This document shows, one piece after another, positions 11,199 through 24,789 of a stretch of 64,000 nucleotides of DNA (positions are counted from its first letter, which is position 1; the number at the start of each line of letters is the position of its first letter). A model generated the notes under the pieces. The model made no database searches, had not been told where the DNA came from, and was given only the letters and a program-made list of their open reading frames with translations. The stretch is from Eledone cirrhosa (taxonomy: Eukaryota), in NCBI GenBank assembly GCA_964016885.1, contig OZ024743.1, positions 31,930,001 to 31,994,000 of the forward strand, given 5' to 3'. The position numbers were made by a program, and so were the translations under genes.

Positions 11199-13001
11199 TT
11201 TTATTCTGCATCGCACTTATACCATTAAGTAAAATGCTCAATGAAACACAACATGGATATAAAGTCTATGACAAAACCATTAATCACTTGTTCTACATGG
11301 ATGAACTGAAACTATTTGCAAAAAATGATGAACAATTGCAAGGGCTATTATCCACTGTGGAGCAGTTCAGTGATGACATTAAAATGGAGTTTGGACTAGA
11401 TAAATGTGCAAAAAAGCAACGTTCACCAGAGGAAAGCTGCTGAAAAGTTCAGACATTCTTGATCGGGGGAATGTGATAAGAGAACTTGATCAAGAGGAAA
11501 CTTACAAATATCTAGGTGTTTGTGAAGGAGACGGAACCAAGTACTCGACAGTGAGGGAAAGGATAAGGAAGGATTGTTACCGCAGAGTAAGAGCAATCTT
11601 AAGAACGGAATTGAATGCAAGGAATAGGATCGATGCCATAAACACGCTTGCCATACCAGTATTAACCTACAGTTACAATGTCATCAACTGGTCAAGCACA
11701 GAGATCCGTAGGCTCGATACAAAAATTCGAAAATTCTTAACCATGCACAGAATGCATCACCCTAAGGCAGATACAGATAGAATATATCTCCCTAGGAAAG
11801 AAGGAGGACGTGGGTTAATCCAGTTAGACATTGCGTTGAAAACTGCAACAATTGGATTATCTACATATCTAAAGGAATCACATGATTGGATTATCTACAT
11901 ATCTAAGGGAATCACATGATTGGATGATCAAACTCGTTTTGAAACACGAAAGCATCAAAAGATCATACTCCATTACAAAAGATGCACAAAGATACAGTAA
12001 TGGACTACAAATTTCAGAAGTCCCATTTACTGCTGAAATGGAAAACACAGAAAAAGCAAAGCAGGTAAAAGTAACTGCAAAGAAAGAACTACTACAGAAA
12101 CTGGCTAAGAAATGGCAAGAAAAGCCTCTGTATGAAAAATACCCAGAACGAGCTAACAATCCTGATGTTGACAAAACATTAACCCATCAGTGGTCGGCAT
12201 CCTCTGGACTGAAATCGGAGACTGAAGGACTGATTATATCAGCACAAGATCAGTGTCTACCAACAAAAAATTACCAAGCCAACATAAAAAAAAAATGGAT
12301 GCAGCCCATTATGCCGTGTATGTAAAAAAACAACCAGAAACCATTGACCATATAATTTCAATGTAGAGTCCTATAGCTCCAACCGAATACCTAAACAGGC
12401 ATTGGATAATGTGTAAGCATTTTGACCTGCCCCATCAAAAGAATTGGTGGGAGCATCAACCACCTCCCATACTTGAAAAAGATCACATCTCAATCTTGTG
12501 GAACTTTAGCATCCAAACAGATCGAAAAGTAGATGAAAATAGACCTGATATAATATTGAAGGACTTTAAAAAGAGGGTATGCCTGCTGATTGATATGTCC
12601 GTTCCAATAGACAAGAATGTATCTATAAAAACATTTGAAAAATTGAGCAAGTATAAGGACCTGGAGATAGAAATTGGAAAAATGTGGAAATTGAGAACTA
12701 AAACAATACCAGTGGTTGTAGGCGCTCTAGGAATGATACCTAAGGGGTCTAATGATTACTTATCGCAAATCCCAGGAAACCCGCGTATAGGAGAAATACA
12801 AAAGATAGTACTAATGGGAACTGCCCATATACTAAGGAAGATTCTGTCAATATAAGTACATCACAAGTCTAAACACCTAAAGATGTATGTGTGAGTATGT
12901 ATGTTCTTTCTTGAACATGGCCGACCTTGTTGTCTCTTGAGATCACTGGTTGTGACTTGGTGATAACTCGTATGAACATAAAGCAAGATAAATGCAGCTG
13001 C
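11199..13001 (+). mobile_element. 5'-truncated, decayed R4/Dong-type RLE LINE (family B) ending in (AAT)n
   Basis: HLFYMDELKLF, YKYLG, HPKADTDRIYLPRKEGGRGL, NRPDIIL..LIDMSVP..KLSKYKDL..IPVVVGALG; AAT tail from ~13002. Confidence 0.9.
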
Positions 13002-13039
13002 AATAATAATAATAATAATAATGAAAATAATAATAATGA

Positions 13040-14316
13040 TTTCTTTATTGGCCACAAGGGCTGACATCAAGAAAAACATTACATACGGCACAGGACGCTA
13101 CATGACGGTACGATGTGGGTTTATGTGCGTGTAAATATTTTTATTATTTATATAAGAAAAGAAAAAAAGGACATAGAGACATATATATATATATATAAAC
13201 AATAAAAATTAAAATTGAAACAATGAAAAATTCCCCAATAGGGGGAAACCTCCGAGGGTTACTCGTGGCGAAAACCACTCAAAAGACCACGGCCACCCTG
13301 ACCATCAGGGCAAGCGCCCCCTCTCAATGTTTCCATTTCTCAAACTACAGACGTATATTCAGAGCGGACACGTTCAGTCGGACCATGCTCGCTACATTCA
13401 CCCACCTTTCAACAAACTTGCTAGAAGGCAGCACTTGCCTCTCCACCCTGATTTTCCTCTTCAAGTGAAACTTGAAAAAGTTAATTAGGGATTCGCGAAG
13501 AGCAAAGTGTCTGTCTTTAACCCTTTCACCCTTGTCCATCACACAATCTCTTTCGCCATGGCCACCAGGCAGATGAAAACCGCCTGCCCTTCCTCCTCGA
13601 AGGAAGACGGCGAGACCATCTGCACAATGGACTCAGTCGATAACCGGATCAGTCCTACATGCGACAGCAACTGTTCGACATAGCTCCCCAAGTCAGCAAT
13701 GCTCGGGCACTGAACGAGTGCGTGCACGACGGTTTCGTCGCTCTGCGCCCATCTCGGACAGGCTCGGCTGGCGGCACTTCCGTGCCTGTAGAGCTTATCT
13801 CGAACCGGCAGCGATCCCCAATAGCACTGCCAGGCCAGGGATTTTGGGAAGTTTTCCATAGGCCCTGGGCTGAAAGTTCTCCGGAAGAGAGCAACCAGCT
13901 GATCTTCTTCGACGCCCAGGATCTCTCCGAGAACGTCGCTCTTCCCCTCCACTAATCCTCTATAGAACGCCGAGGTGGATGTTCCACCGATACTGGTGCC
14001 CAACTGGCAGGGGGCAGTGAGCGCCTGGAGACATTCCAGTTTCCAAGCGCTATCCCTCGGTCTTTTTCTGACCCAGGACTGCAGCTCCGTCAAGGAGACG
14101 AGCTGTGGGAAAAGTGTGCCTGGCGAACGGCGACCACACCTGTTCACCGTCAAGGAAGCACCAGGGATGTCGCAGCCTCAGCGCATGTTTGCGCATCATC
14201 AGCCATGGCATGCCCAGTCCTCCACGCAACGGATGTTGACAGCAGATGGATCGTCTGACCATGGGAGTGCGTCCCTTCCACAAAAAGCAGAAGAGGAGGC
14301 GCTCCATTTTGGTGAG
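13040..14316 (-). mobile_element. 5'-truncated Tx1/L1-type LINE (ORF2 C-terminus and 3' UTR) in (AAT)n
   Basis: LAWQCYWGSLPVRDKL, CPRWAQSDETVVHALVQC; 3' end CCCTTGTGGCCAATAAAGAA. Homologous to 34198-35400. Confidence 0.88.
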
Positions 14317-14424
14317 AATAATAATAATAATAATAATAATAAAAAATAAAAAAATAAACATTACAATGAAACTTATGTTTATTTTTTAAAGTTTTTATCT
14401 ATTTATTTGTTTCTTTATTTATGT

Positions 14425-16940
14425 TCGTCTACAGCGTGATGGTACCAGCCTAAAATCACCGGTGGTTATATAACCATACATTCACCAATCCTCGATATGA
14501 GTGTTTAAATGTCGAACCTAAACAGTTCGAATAACGGTGAAAAGGAGACTGGAACGTCATGTGAAAGACTCTCAGCCAGAAAGTGCTCCCTGGCCCAGCA
14601 GCAGGGACCTGGCTGTCATCCAAATACTGCTGGTGCTGGAGGAAGAAGAAGAAGGAAAGGGACAAGAACCAACTGGAAGAAAGAATTGAATAGAACTGTC
14701 ATGAAATGCTACCTGAAGAGTAACCCCATTGAAAAAGGCTATAGGAAACGGATGCATTTAAATTAGCTGTACAAAAATTGGCCGGGCAGGCTCGGGTAAT
14801 AAGAACTAATGGATGGATAAGCGAGTTGGAACTGGAGGAACTGAACAGAGAGATTAAGTTGGAAATGGAAAGTGGCAAACGAACCAGTGGGAAATGAAGG
14901 TTGAGGGACCCGAGGAAACACCCGAAGCAGACAATGATCTGAATGCTGAAATAAATAACATCTGGAACAAAGATACGGCCATTGAGGAAATGAATGCTGA
15001 CGGGCTAGGACAAGATTTGTTTGATATCCTGAACTTAGTGGTAGATGAAATGAACAATGATAGTGGAAAACCTATGAACCTAAGATTTGTAGACAGGAAA
15101 AAGTTAAAAGAAACAACAGCTAAGGTAAACAAAGTCATCCCATACCTTGAGGCGAGGAACCTTCACTAATGCAACAATATCCTCAACGCAACCGCAAATG
15201 CGGCGAGGAAAGTACTTGGCATAAAAGCGAGAGGAAACAACAAACAAGAAAGATCAGAACCTTGGAGGAAGAAACGACTGAATGGTCAAATCAAGGAAAT
15301 GAGAAAAGACACTGAATGGGATATTACAAAACATAGACACTAAAGATAGATTGGAAATAAAATACAAAACTAAGGGGTAAAGCTAAATATTATCATAGAG
15401 GAACTGAAGCAACGCATTGTAGCAAAAAGTGCAAAGATTAGGCGGTATGAGAACAGAGTCAGTCAGTATAGACAGAGCCACATGTGTGACAACAACCAGA
15501 AGATGTTGTTTGGACAGTTTGAAGGGAAAGAAAGAGGCAACGAGGTGATCCCTGAGGCGGAACAGACTAAGACATTCTGGAGAGGAATTTGGGAGCAGGA
15601 TGTTGAATATAATGGTCAGGCAGTGTGGATTGAGACAGTTCAAAAGGAGATTAGTAATCAGGCACACCAACAACCTGATGTGAGTATCACAGTTGAAACT
15701 ATTAAAGGGCAGGCCAAAATACTAACCAACTGGAAATCACCAGGCCCAGATGGTGTGCAAGGGTATTGGATTAACAACATAACATCCTTCCACCCGAAAC
15801 TGACAACCATGTTCAATGACGGGTGAGGTACCAGAATGGTTGACAAAAGGTACCACAGTTCTGGTAATGAAAGACCGAATCAAGGGTAATGATGTTACCA
15901 AATATAGGCCCATCACATGTCTGTCCGTAATGTGGAAACTGTTAACAAGCATTGTGTCTGAGGAAATCTACCATCACCTCCACAAAAACAACTTGCTACC
16001 GGACGAACAGAAAGGATGCCGAAAGAAGTCCGTGGTACAAAGGACCAGTTACTTATAGATAAGATGGTAATGAGGAATTGCAAGAGGAGTAACACTTGTA
16101 TTGCCATGGGATGGATAGATTACAAAAAGGCATTCGACATGGTACCTCATTCTTGGATAACCAAAAGCCTAGAGATCTTCAAGGTGGCAGATAACATCAG
16201 ACAGTTTTTGAGCAAAAGTATGAAGTCCTGGGAGACAGAGTTAACATCAGGTGGAGAATCCTTGGGAGGCATGAAGATCAAGAGAGGTATCTTCCAGGGA
16301 GATAGTTTGTTCCCTCTGCTGTTTGTCCTTGTCCTGATACCCCTGACCGTTTTATTGCGAAAAGTGAGAGAAGGATACAAGTTGGGAAAGGGAAAGTTTT
16401 CTATCAACCACCTCCTCTTCATGGACGATCTTAAACTCTTTGGGAAGAGTGATAAGGAGTTGGATGTACTTGTTGACACTGTCCGTATTTTCAGCAATGA
16501 TATATGTATGCAATTTGGTATTAATAAGTGTGAAGTCCTAGTGATGAAGAGGGGTAAATTGAGCAGAAGCAACGGAATCCAGGTACCAACAGGTGAGATG
16601 ATAAAGGAAATTGACACTGAGGAGGGATACAAATATTTAGGTGTTCTGGGGGAGAACAAAAAAAAATGAAGGAATTGATAATATCTAAGTACATAAGGAG
16701 GGTAAGGAACGTGTTAAAATCACATCTAAATAGTAGGAATGTTATAAGTGCAGTGAAATCCCGGGCTGTGTCTATTATTAGGTACAGTGCGGGAATTCTG
16801 AAATGGATTGTTGCTGATCAAAATAAAATGGATAGGAAGACTAGGAAGCTATTGACTATCTACAACATGTTCCACAAGAGGAGTGATGTCGATAGACACT
16901 ACTTAAAGAGATCTGAAGGCGGAAGAGGTCTTATCAGCAT
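14425..16940 (+). mobile_element. R4/Dong-type LINE family A, 5' two-thirds (3'-truncated), decayed
   Basis: N-terminal motif WKKELNRTVMKCYLKSNPIEKGYRKRMH, NWKSPGPDGVQGYW, YRPITCL and RT motifs. 15607-16940 closely matches 8827-10175. Confidence 0.9.
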
Positions 16941-17370
16941 CGTTGGACAAAAGCAGATTTGGATGCTTTGAATCCAAAAACTAGCAAGCTGATGATGATG
17001 TATGGAGCAGATCACCCAAAGACAGATGTGGACCAATTATATATGGAAAAGGCAAACAAGCCGAGGTTTGATTGGGATAGATGACCGTAGTAGAATAGAA
17101 ATAGAAGGGGTAGAGTGTATCTCGAGGGGAGTTACTGGAGGCAGTGAATGGAGCAGATTTCGTTTGGCTCTAACGTTAGTGGAAAAGGTAGAGAAGAGGC
17201 ACAGAATTAATATGGAGCTGTATATAAGGGCAAGACTCTACGAGGATAGTTCAGATAGCAACATATGAGGAGAGAGGGTAAAATTATGAGGTTGGCTACA
17301 AAAGAGTATTTGAAAAGGGAAACAGACAGCACAATGAACATCAGAAAACCAATGTATGGAAAAGATGTAT
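16941..17370 (+). pseudogene. Highly decayed RLE-LINE remnant of another family
   Basis: Residual MYGADHPKTDVDQLY..GLIGIDD, resembling the post-RT HP-x-D-x-DRLY..GRGL motif. Confidence 0.55.
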
Positions 17371-18809
17371 CTCCTCTGTTATGACTAATGTTGCTGTTAT
17401 CACTTTCGTAACAGAGCTCCATGTAGAGAATATGTTGTTGTAGTGTGGTATTATTAAAGAATATATATTGTTTTCTTTTTCTTCTTGTTACCTCCAAACG
17501 TATTGCATATACTTGATCCCTTACCCAATGAACTAAATATGTATTCACCGAATTTTGTAAATAAACATTTACAGTGTTTACCGAAATGTAATTACGGCTC
17601 TTTACTTTCTGGGACAAAATAACTCATTAACCATTCTTCCAGATAAAATAGATACTAGCAAACTAGCGGTTGTAGATACAAATTGACTTATTCCCCCAAA
17701 TTACAGGATTTGTACCTTAATTTGAAATCAGAATTATTAATAATAATGTTTTTTCTCCATTTTCCTTTTTCTATTTTCTCTCGTGTTTTTGTTCTCTTCT
17801 TCCGATTCAATAATTTATTATTACTCCCATAATATATATGCTAATATCTTCATGCAGCCAAGACTCTTGGATATAAGTATAGAATTTGTACGATTGTCTA
17901 TACTCAGGCAAAAACCTCCAGTTGCAAGACTAATAAGAAATACGTCACTACATTTTCATATTTACCAAAGTATCAAAAGAAAAGCTACTGAGACTATAAA
18001 TAGAAAAATGCTGTGGCAAAAATTGACGAGAAACTCAACTAAATGTGGTATTGATTTTCTATTTCTTTTCGGACATTGATGACAAATACTATAGGGAAAA
18101 GTAATCAAATATAAAATAAAATACACACATTCATCACTTATTTTGTGTTAGATTGATTTTTTCATTTTTATTTCACTGCTTTGTAAGTATTCTAACTTTA
18201 TCATTTATTCACTTTGTAATTCGTTCTTTCTCACAATGGATTTATTATTTTCGTATTTATTTTCATTATTTTTTTTTTTTATTCTGGTGGTCGTCATTGT
18301 TTTTGTGTCTTTATCGCTGTTTTTCTATTTACTTTTATAGTTTTAGCTGTGATTTTGGTTGTCTCTTTGGTTTCGCTTTTATGGCCAGCATATGCTACGA
18401 TTCATTTACAGTAGCCAGATAAAAGAATCCCAATCGCGCCACCACCGACAAAATATTCCAGCTAGAGAGACAGTTATCACATTTCTTCTGATAAAAAAAC
18501 AGCGAAAATCGAAAAAGAACAGTTGCACAGTCTTCTTATATTTTCACTGTCTTATAGAAACTTCGAGATTTAAATATAATTTCAGTGCAATAATTTGTTA
18601 TATGAAACCTATGCATTAGTTTCATAACACACACAAAGGCGCACACATAAAGACATGCCCTTACACACAGTCAGATGATTCTATATATATGTAGGTGCAT
18701 ATATTTAGAGACAGAAATAAAAACAAACCTTTATAAATGAATCGTGCATCTATGAATATGAGAATACGTACATATATATATATGCATTTATATATATATA
18801 TATATATAT

Positions 18810-18964
<155 letters not shown>

Positions 18965-18979
18965 TATATATATATATAT

Positions 18980-19584
18980 GGTGGCTGCCAACTCGTTTTC
19001 GAGTGCGGCCACTACTTTATACCCATGTAGGAGAACCCCTACCGATGCGTTGAACGAGTGTGACTTTTTAGTCCAGCCAGCGACTTGAAAACTCTAGTAC
19101 AAAGACTACACTTGTGACCATTATTGACACATAGTGCAGGGCCCATGGTACCATGTGATGACAAGTGCAGAGAGATCTCCAGATACAAAGCAATGCCTGT
19201 GCCGTGAAGCTTTTATAGTGAGCAAAGGCACTGCACAAAGCCAGTCCCACTCTCCTAACCAATATGATATTTATCAAAAAGAAGAACAAGTCAACATCAT
19301 TGGATACCATCAGGGTTGCAGGTGTTATATCAGAGTTTTCCTTCTCCCAGAATTCTGCCTTGACAAAGGCTAAGGGGTCATCTCTCCCGGTGATTTTGGA
19401 TGGCCATTGACTCTTAAGAGCTCCCTTGCCCTTTGACAGGTTTTGTTTTTAGTCCTGCAGGATGTCCAAAGTCACCCTCCTCACCAAGAAACCTTGGTGG
19501 GGTTGCCAGTTTAGTCGCCAACGACCCGACCATGAGACAGGTTGTACTGGGATACATGTTACCAGTAGCACCAACTGGTGACCT

Positions 19585-19587
<3 letters not shown>
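18980..19587 (-). mobile_element. Non-autonomous RTE-derived (bipartite) SINE-like element, apparently full length, in (TA)n
   Basis: Non-coding; RTE-5'UTR-like GGAGAAGGAAAACTCTGA and RTE-like 3' stem-loop ACTCGAAAACGAG (family assignment from memory). Three more relatives in the window. Confidence 0.7.
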
Positions 19588-19643
<56 letters not shown>

Positions 19644-19646
<3 letters not shown>

Positions 19647-22360
19647 GGTGTTCCAGAATACCACATTTTACACAAAAGTGTTTTTGCCTTAGTTCCCTAT
19701 GCATTTTTTCATGCCATTTTGTATATTATCAATTTATAATGTAATCTTGATTATTTCAGACTAATTTAAGCCTTGCCTAATAGTTTCAAATTGGCAGAAT
19801 AATGCCAGAAACCTGTGGGCCTAGTTGTAGCTACTCGCTCCGTTGTGATGATCGAGAAATATGGCTCCTAGGGCAATATGTTACATCCTTTTCACTAAAC
19901 AAAATACCAACAAAGGGGGATGTTCTAAGATATTTCTTCTACCTGAGAGATGGTCCTATGAAACACGAAAAGCATGTGAGCGTCAATGGTGCTATTGCGG
20001 ATAGGCTTTTGATGGAAGTAGTTAATCAGTGGGAAAAATCTGGTGTGGCGACTCAACGAAAAGACAAAGTGAAACTGAAAATTATGAACATGTACAGTGA
20101 ATACAGAAATTTACAAAAAAATAAAGGTTCTAAGTCAAACAAAGAAAAGGAAGCACTATTAATTTCTGAATTGGATTCGTATTTCTACATTGCACACACT
20201 GATGCTGATAAGAACATTTTGAAAGACAGTCTTCGTAATAATGAACAGAAAATGAAAGATGCTACATTTCTCGAAGATCTGCGTTGCCAGAAAAAAGTAT
20301 CTCTGGGTGCTGAAGACAAGGGTTACCAGGAAAAGGTATCTTCAAAGTTTAAGCGTAATCAGGTTCTGAGGTTCGTCGAGAGTCACAGAACCATAGAAAG
20401 CGTTTGTCAGGATCTGTAGCAGCACAACTTCCACTTAATGGACTGAGTGATACAAGTTCAACCAATTATGAAACTGAAGATGAACAGGATCCTGAATTTC
20501 AGGCCTCAGACCCACCCAGAGACAGCTCAAAGTCAGACAAGAAACGAAAAGTCCAGCTGGAACTCCCAAAGAATCCATTTCAAAGTCCAAAGATTTCTCT
20601 AATGGCTGATCGTTTAAACCTGATACTGGGCCAGAGAATAGCATTTATGCCATCGATTATTTCTGAGGGTGGGACTGACATGACGCCACAAATCTCTCCA
20701 AGAATAGTAGCAGACGTGCAGCTAAGAAGATCGGGACTGTGGGGGCTGAACACACAAAGGAACAATTTGTTGTACCAGACTTTGTTACCTTGCATTGGGA
20801 TGGCAAAATAATTCCTGGTGACCACCAAAGGCTAGGTGTGCTAGTTGCTGGAACTCCGGACTTCAGAGAAGGTAAACTCCTCGGTGTTCCCATAATTCCT
20901 GATGGCACTGGAACAACTCAAGCCAAAGCCTCATTTGATCTTGTTAAAGATTGGAATATTGATGGGTCTGGGGTGGTGGGCTTGGTCTTCGACACAACTG
21001 CTTCGAATTCTGCGTGAAACTAGAAGCGATGCTCAACAAAAAGGTTTTTTTTATTTTGCTTATCTTGTGTGCAGTGTGGCAACAACTATTCGGAGCAATG
21101 TTCAGTCCAGACACCCCAGAGTTCAAGGAGTTCAAAAAAGATTGGGTGTAACTCACGGACAAGACCAACTTTAAAACATTGAACATTGTCGACCGTCTGT
21201 GTTCTGAGAACATCAAGTTCCTCCAAGATTTGCTGACATCCGACGATGGGAAAATGAGTTTTCTTCCACGGGACGACTACCGAGAACGTGCCGAGTTGAT
21301 CTTGCTTGGTGTCACCCCTCCGCGTGGAATTCATTGCACGCTGCCTGGTGCACATCATAACGCTCGGTGTATGCCCACAATCATCTATAGTGCAAAGATG
21401 TATATATGCATTTGGTGAGCGACTCAATTACGATCAAGCTAAAATGGAAAAGTTGTGCCGGATCTGTATGTTCAACGATCTTTTCTACGTGCGATACTGG
21501 CTGACAGTAGTCAAGTGTGCTGATGCACCATCCAATGACCTTCTATTCTACGGGGAGTTGACATAGTACAGTAAGGTTGACAGAGATCTCTCGCAGGCAG
21601 CCACTACTGCTCTGAGCAGGCGTTTTTGTTACCTGACGGAGGAAGCAATTCCGCTAGCGCTGTTTTCAAGTCGGGTCCAAGAGTCCGAGAAGAAACAAAT
21701 AGCCCAACGTCTTGTCAAAACGAAAACGTCTGGGCCTCTCGACCGTGGTGCTCTAGTATTTCCCGAGTGGAAGTCGTCCACGAAGCTGCCTCATCTAGTT
21801 GGGAAGAAATCAAGGCTTCTGTTCTATCTCCTTGGTCTCGACGATACTTGGCTGGAGCTGTCACCTGCAACTTGGTCATCACAAGCGTCATATCAAAATG
21901 CCTGTGCTGTTGTTCACAATATCAAGGTAGTCAACGATCTGGTGGAGAGAGCAGTCAAGTTGATAACTGATTTTGTTGCCATCACCAAGAATGAGGAGGA
22001 GAAGCAGTGTGTTCTTCAAGTAGTCGAAGCTCATCGTCGCAAGGTCCCGTATTTCAAAAAAGAAACTCTGAATGACTGGTGTTAACTTAACTGAACTTGT
22101 TTCTTCCTTGTACGCCTTTATATTCAAAGCTGGTTTACTAAATATAATGGATTAATGAAATAATCAATTATTGTATGGTCATATTTGGTTTCACATTTTC
22201 ATTATTTCATGCAACATAATCACACTTTCCACTATAATCACCATGATATTGGCAAAGCTCCAAATAAGTTATTTTATACAAAATATGTTTTATTTTGCCG
22301 ATTGGGGCATTTATAAAGGGAGCGTTAGTATTGTGACCTTGCTTTTTATGGCACACTCTA
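19644..22360 (+). mobile_element. hATm-type DNA transposon with decayed transposase (~19802-22075)
   Basis: Motifs LHWDGK, KLLGVP, VFDTTASN, PRDDYRE, PGAHHNAR, KVVNDLVERAVKL across frameshifts. Imperfect TIRs TAGGGTGTTCCA / reverse complement TAGAGTGTGCCA; ATATATAT on both sides. Confidence 0.85.
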
Positions 22361-22492
22361 ATATATATATATATATAACGAAAGTTATAAACAAGGTTTA
22401 GGATGGTGGTTAGGACGGAACAGCAAGAGAAAAGAAGAAAGGAGAAAGAATCCTTCGTCAACTGTAAAATATCCACGATCTAGATGTTTCAG

Positions 22493-22727
22493 CATGGTCA
22501 GCTGTACAAAAAGGTTTCTATTTACAGTATTAACAGTTGTTTCATTGATTAGGTATGTCTAAAGGCCGCTAATCACTCGAAGTTGTATCCCGATGATTTG
22601 ATCAGGAAAACATTGTATTTAAGGTCGAGTGACACAACTTCGAGTGATTAGCGGCCTTTAGACATACCTAATCAATGAAACAACTGTTAATACTGTAAAT
22701 AGAACCCTTTTTGTGCAGCTGACCATG
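22493..22727. repeat. Inverted repeat: 94-bp arms with 2 mismatches and a 47-nt spacer
   Basis: 22493-22586 is the reverse complement of 22634-22727. Confidence 0.95.
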
Positions 22728-22908
22728 TTATTCTTCAATCTTTCACTATTATTGCTCCAAGATTAACCTGCATAGGAATTCCCGTGAACTCACTACCTAA
22801 CTGTGAAAACTTCTTGTTCAGTCAAACAACGCCGTACATTAGAATTATCCACAATACAGAGTACTCACAACCTCTAACTGGATTACCTATAACGATAATT
22901 TGTTATCC

Positions 22909-23513
<605 letters not shown>

Positions 23514-24789
23514 AATACGGTGCATGTTTACATTGCATCCTCTGGCAGTTGCTACACTATTTCTATGATATACATAATACTTATATGAAGCGCAGATAGT
23601 ATTACAGCTGCCGCGTTATCTTTGCGGGGAATCTAGAACTACATTTCCAGCTAATATATCATCAGCATATTGTTACGTCAGGAATGGAATACACTTAAAA
23701 GAGAACATTACTAGTTATCATCGTGGTGTGATTATCTTCATTGTTGTTGATTATGCTGTTTAAGCATTAGTTCAATCCTGATTCAGCACAGACATTATCA
23801 CATATGTCCAAGTAGATACCAGGCCATCTCATTATCTATAATGAAACTATGACAATATTATCCAACATGATCATTACTAGGTATAATGTTGCGTGAGTGT
23901 AAGAGATAGTTGTTGATTTTTTCATGCAGGTATAGTGACTTCCTAGATTTTTACCTGCCAGTTAGAAATTATCTTGGTTGCGTTTATATGATCCCAGGGA
24001 CAAGTTATGTGCAAAGCACAACAATCCAAGCTCACATGAATCACTCGTTTCTTCTCTTTTTATCACCCACAGGTATCACACTTACCACATATCTAAACCT
24101 TGCTTCTCAAAGGTCAAACACTTTAATTTCTCTAGAATTTCGTTGTTGGCTGAGGTTTGAGCAGACATTCCGCTGTATTAACCTCATCTGTGTGGTAGGG
24201 CCTGTGATCGTCATGAATACGTTTTCAATGAAATCAGAATCTTCTGTTCCTGGAAAGTTGAATAACATGAGTCATGCTAATGCCCTCCTTAAATAACTGT
24301 GGAGTTAAAAATGGTGGAGTATCAATACCTTACATGCTGGATGGTAAGCTAAAGCTGGCTCTGAAGTCAAATTACAATGACAAGTAACAAAAACAACAAT
24401 GAATCCTACTCGGCTGTCTAGGGATTTCACTGATTCATTTTTGATCGATACCACCCAGAAAGAACAAAAAATACCATTCATCTCGGCAGGATTGAACCTC
24501 AGAATGTAAAGAGCCGGAATGAATGCGTCACTTATTTGTTCCTTTATACAATACAATAAACAGTAAATATTCAGTTGTAAAAAATCAATTCGTTTCTATC
24601 TAGGAATACGTGAAAAGCGAATTCACTGGAAATGTCAAGGGAAACTGTATAGAGAGTTTATTTGGCCATTCTATAGACATGTTTTATGATATATAGCTCT
24701 GATTATTTAATTTATTAATTCTTCATTGGGCCACAAAGTGACCAGTTGCAAAACACATATATATTTATGACTTTATATATATATATATA

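Noticed and set aside
22455-22530. Hammerhead-like GAAAC-ATCTAGAT on the minus strand
   Set aside because: No CUGANGA-type core or helix II could be fitted.
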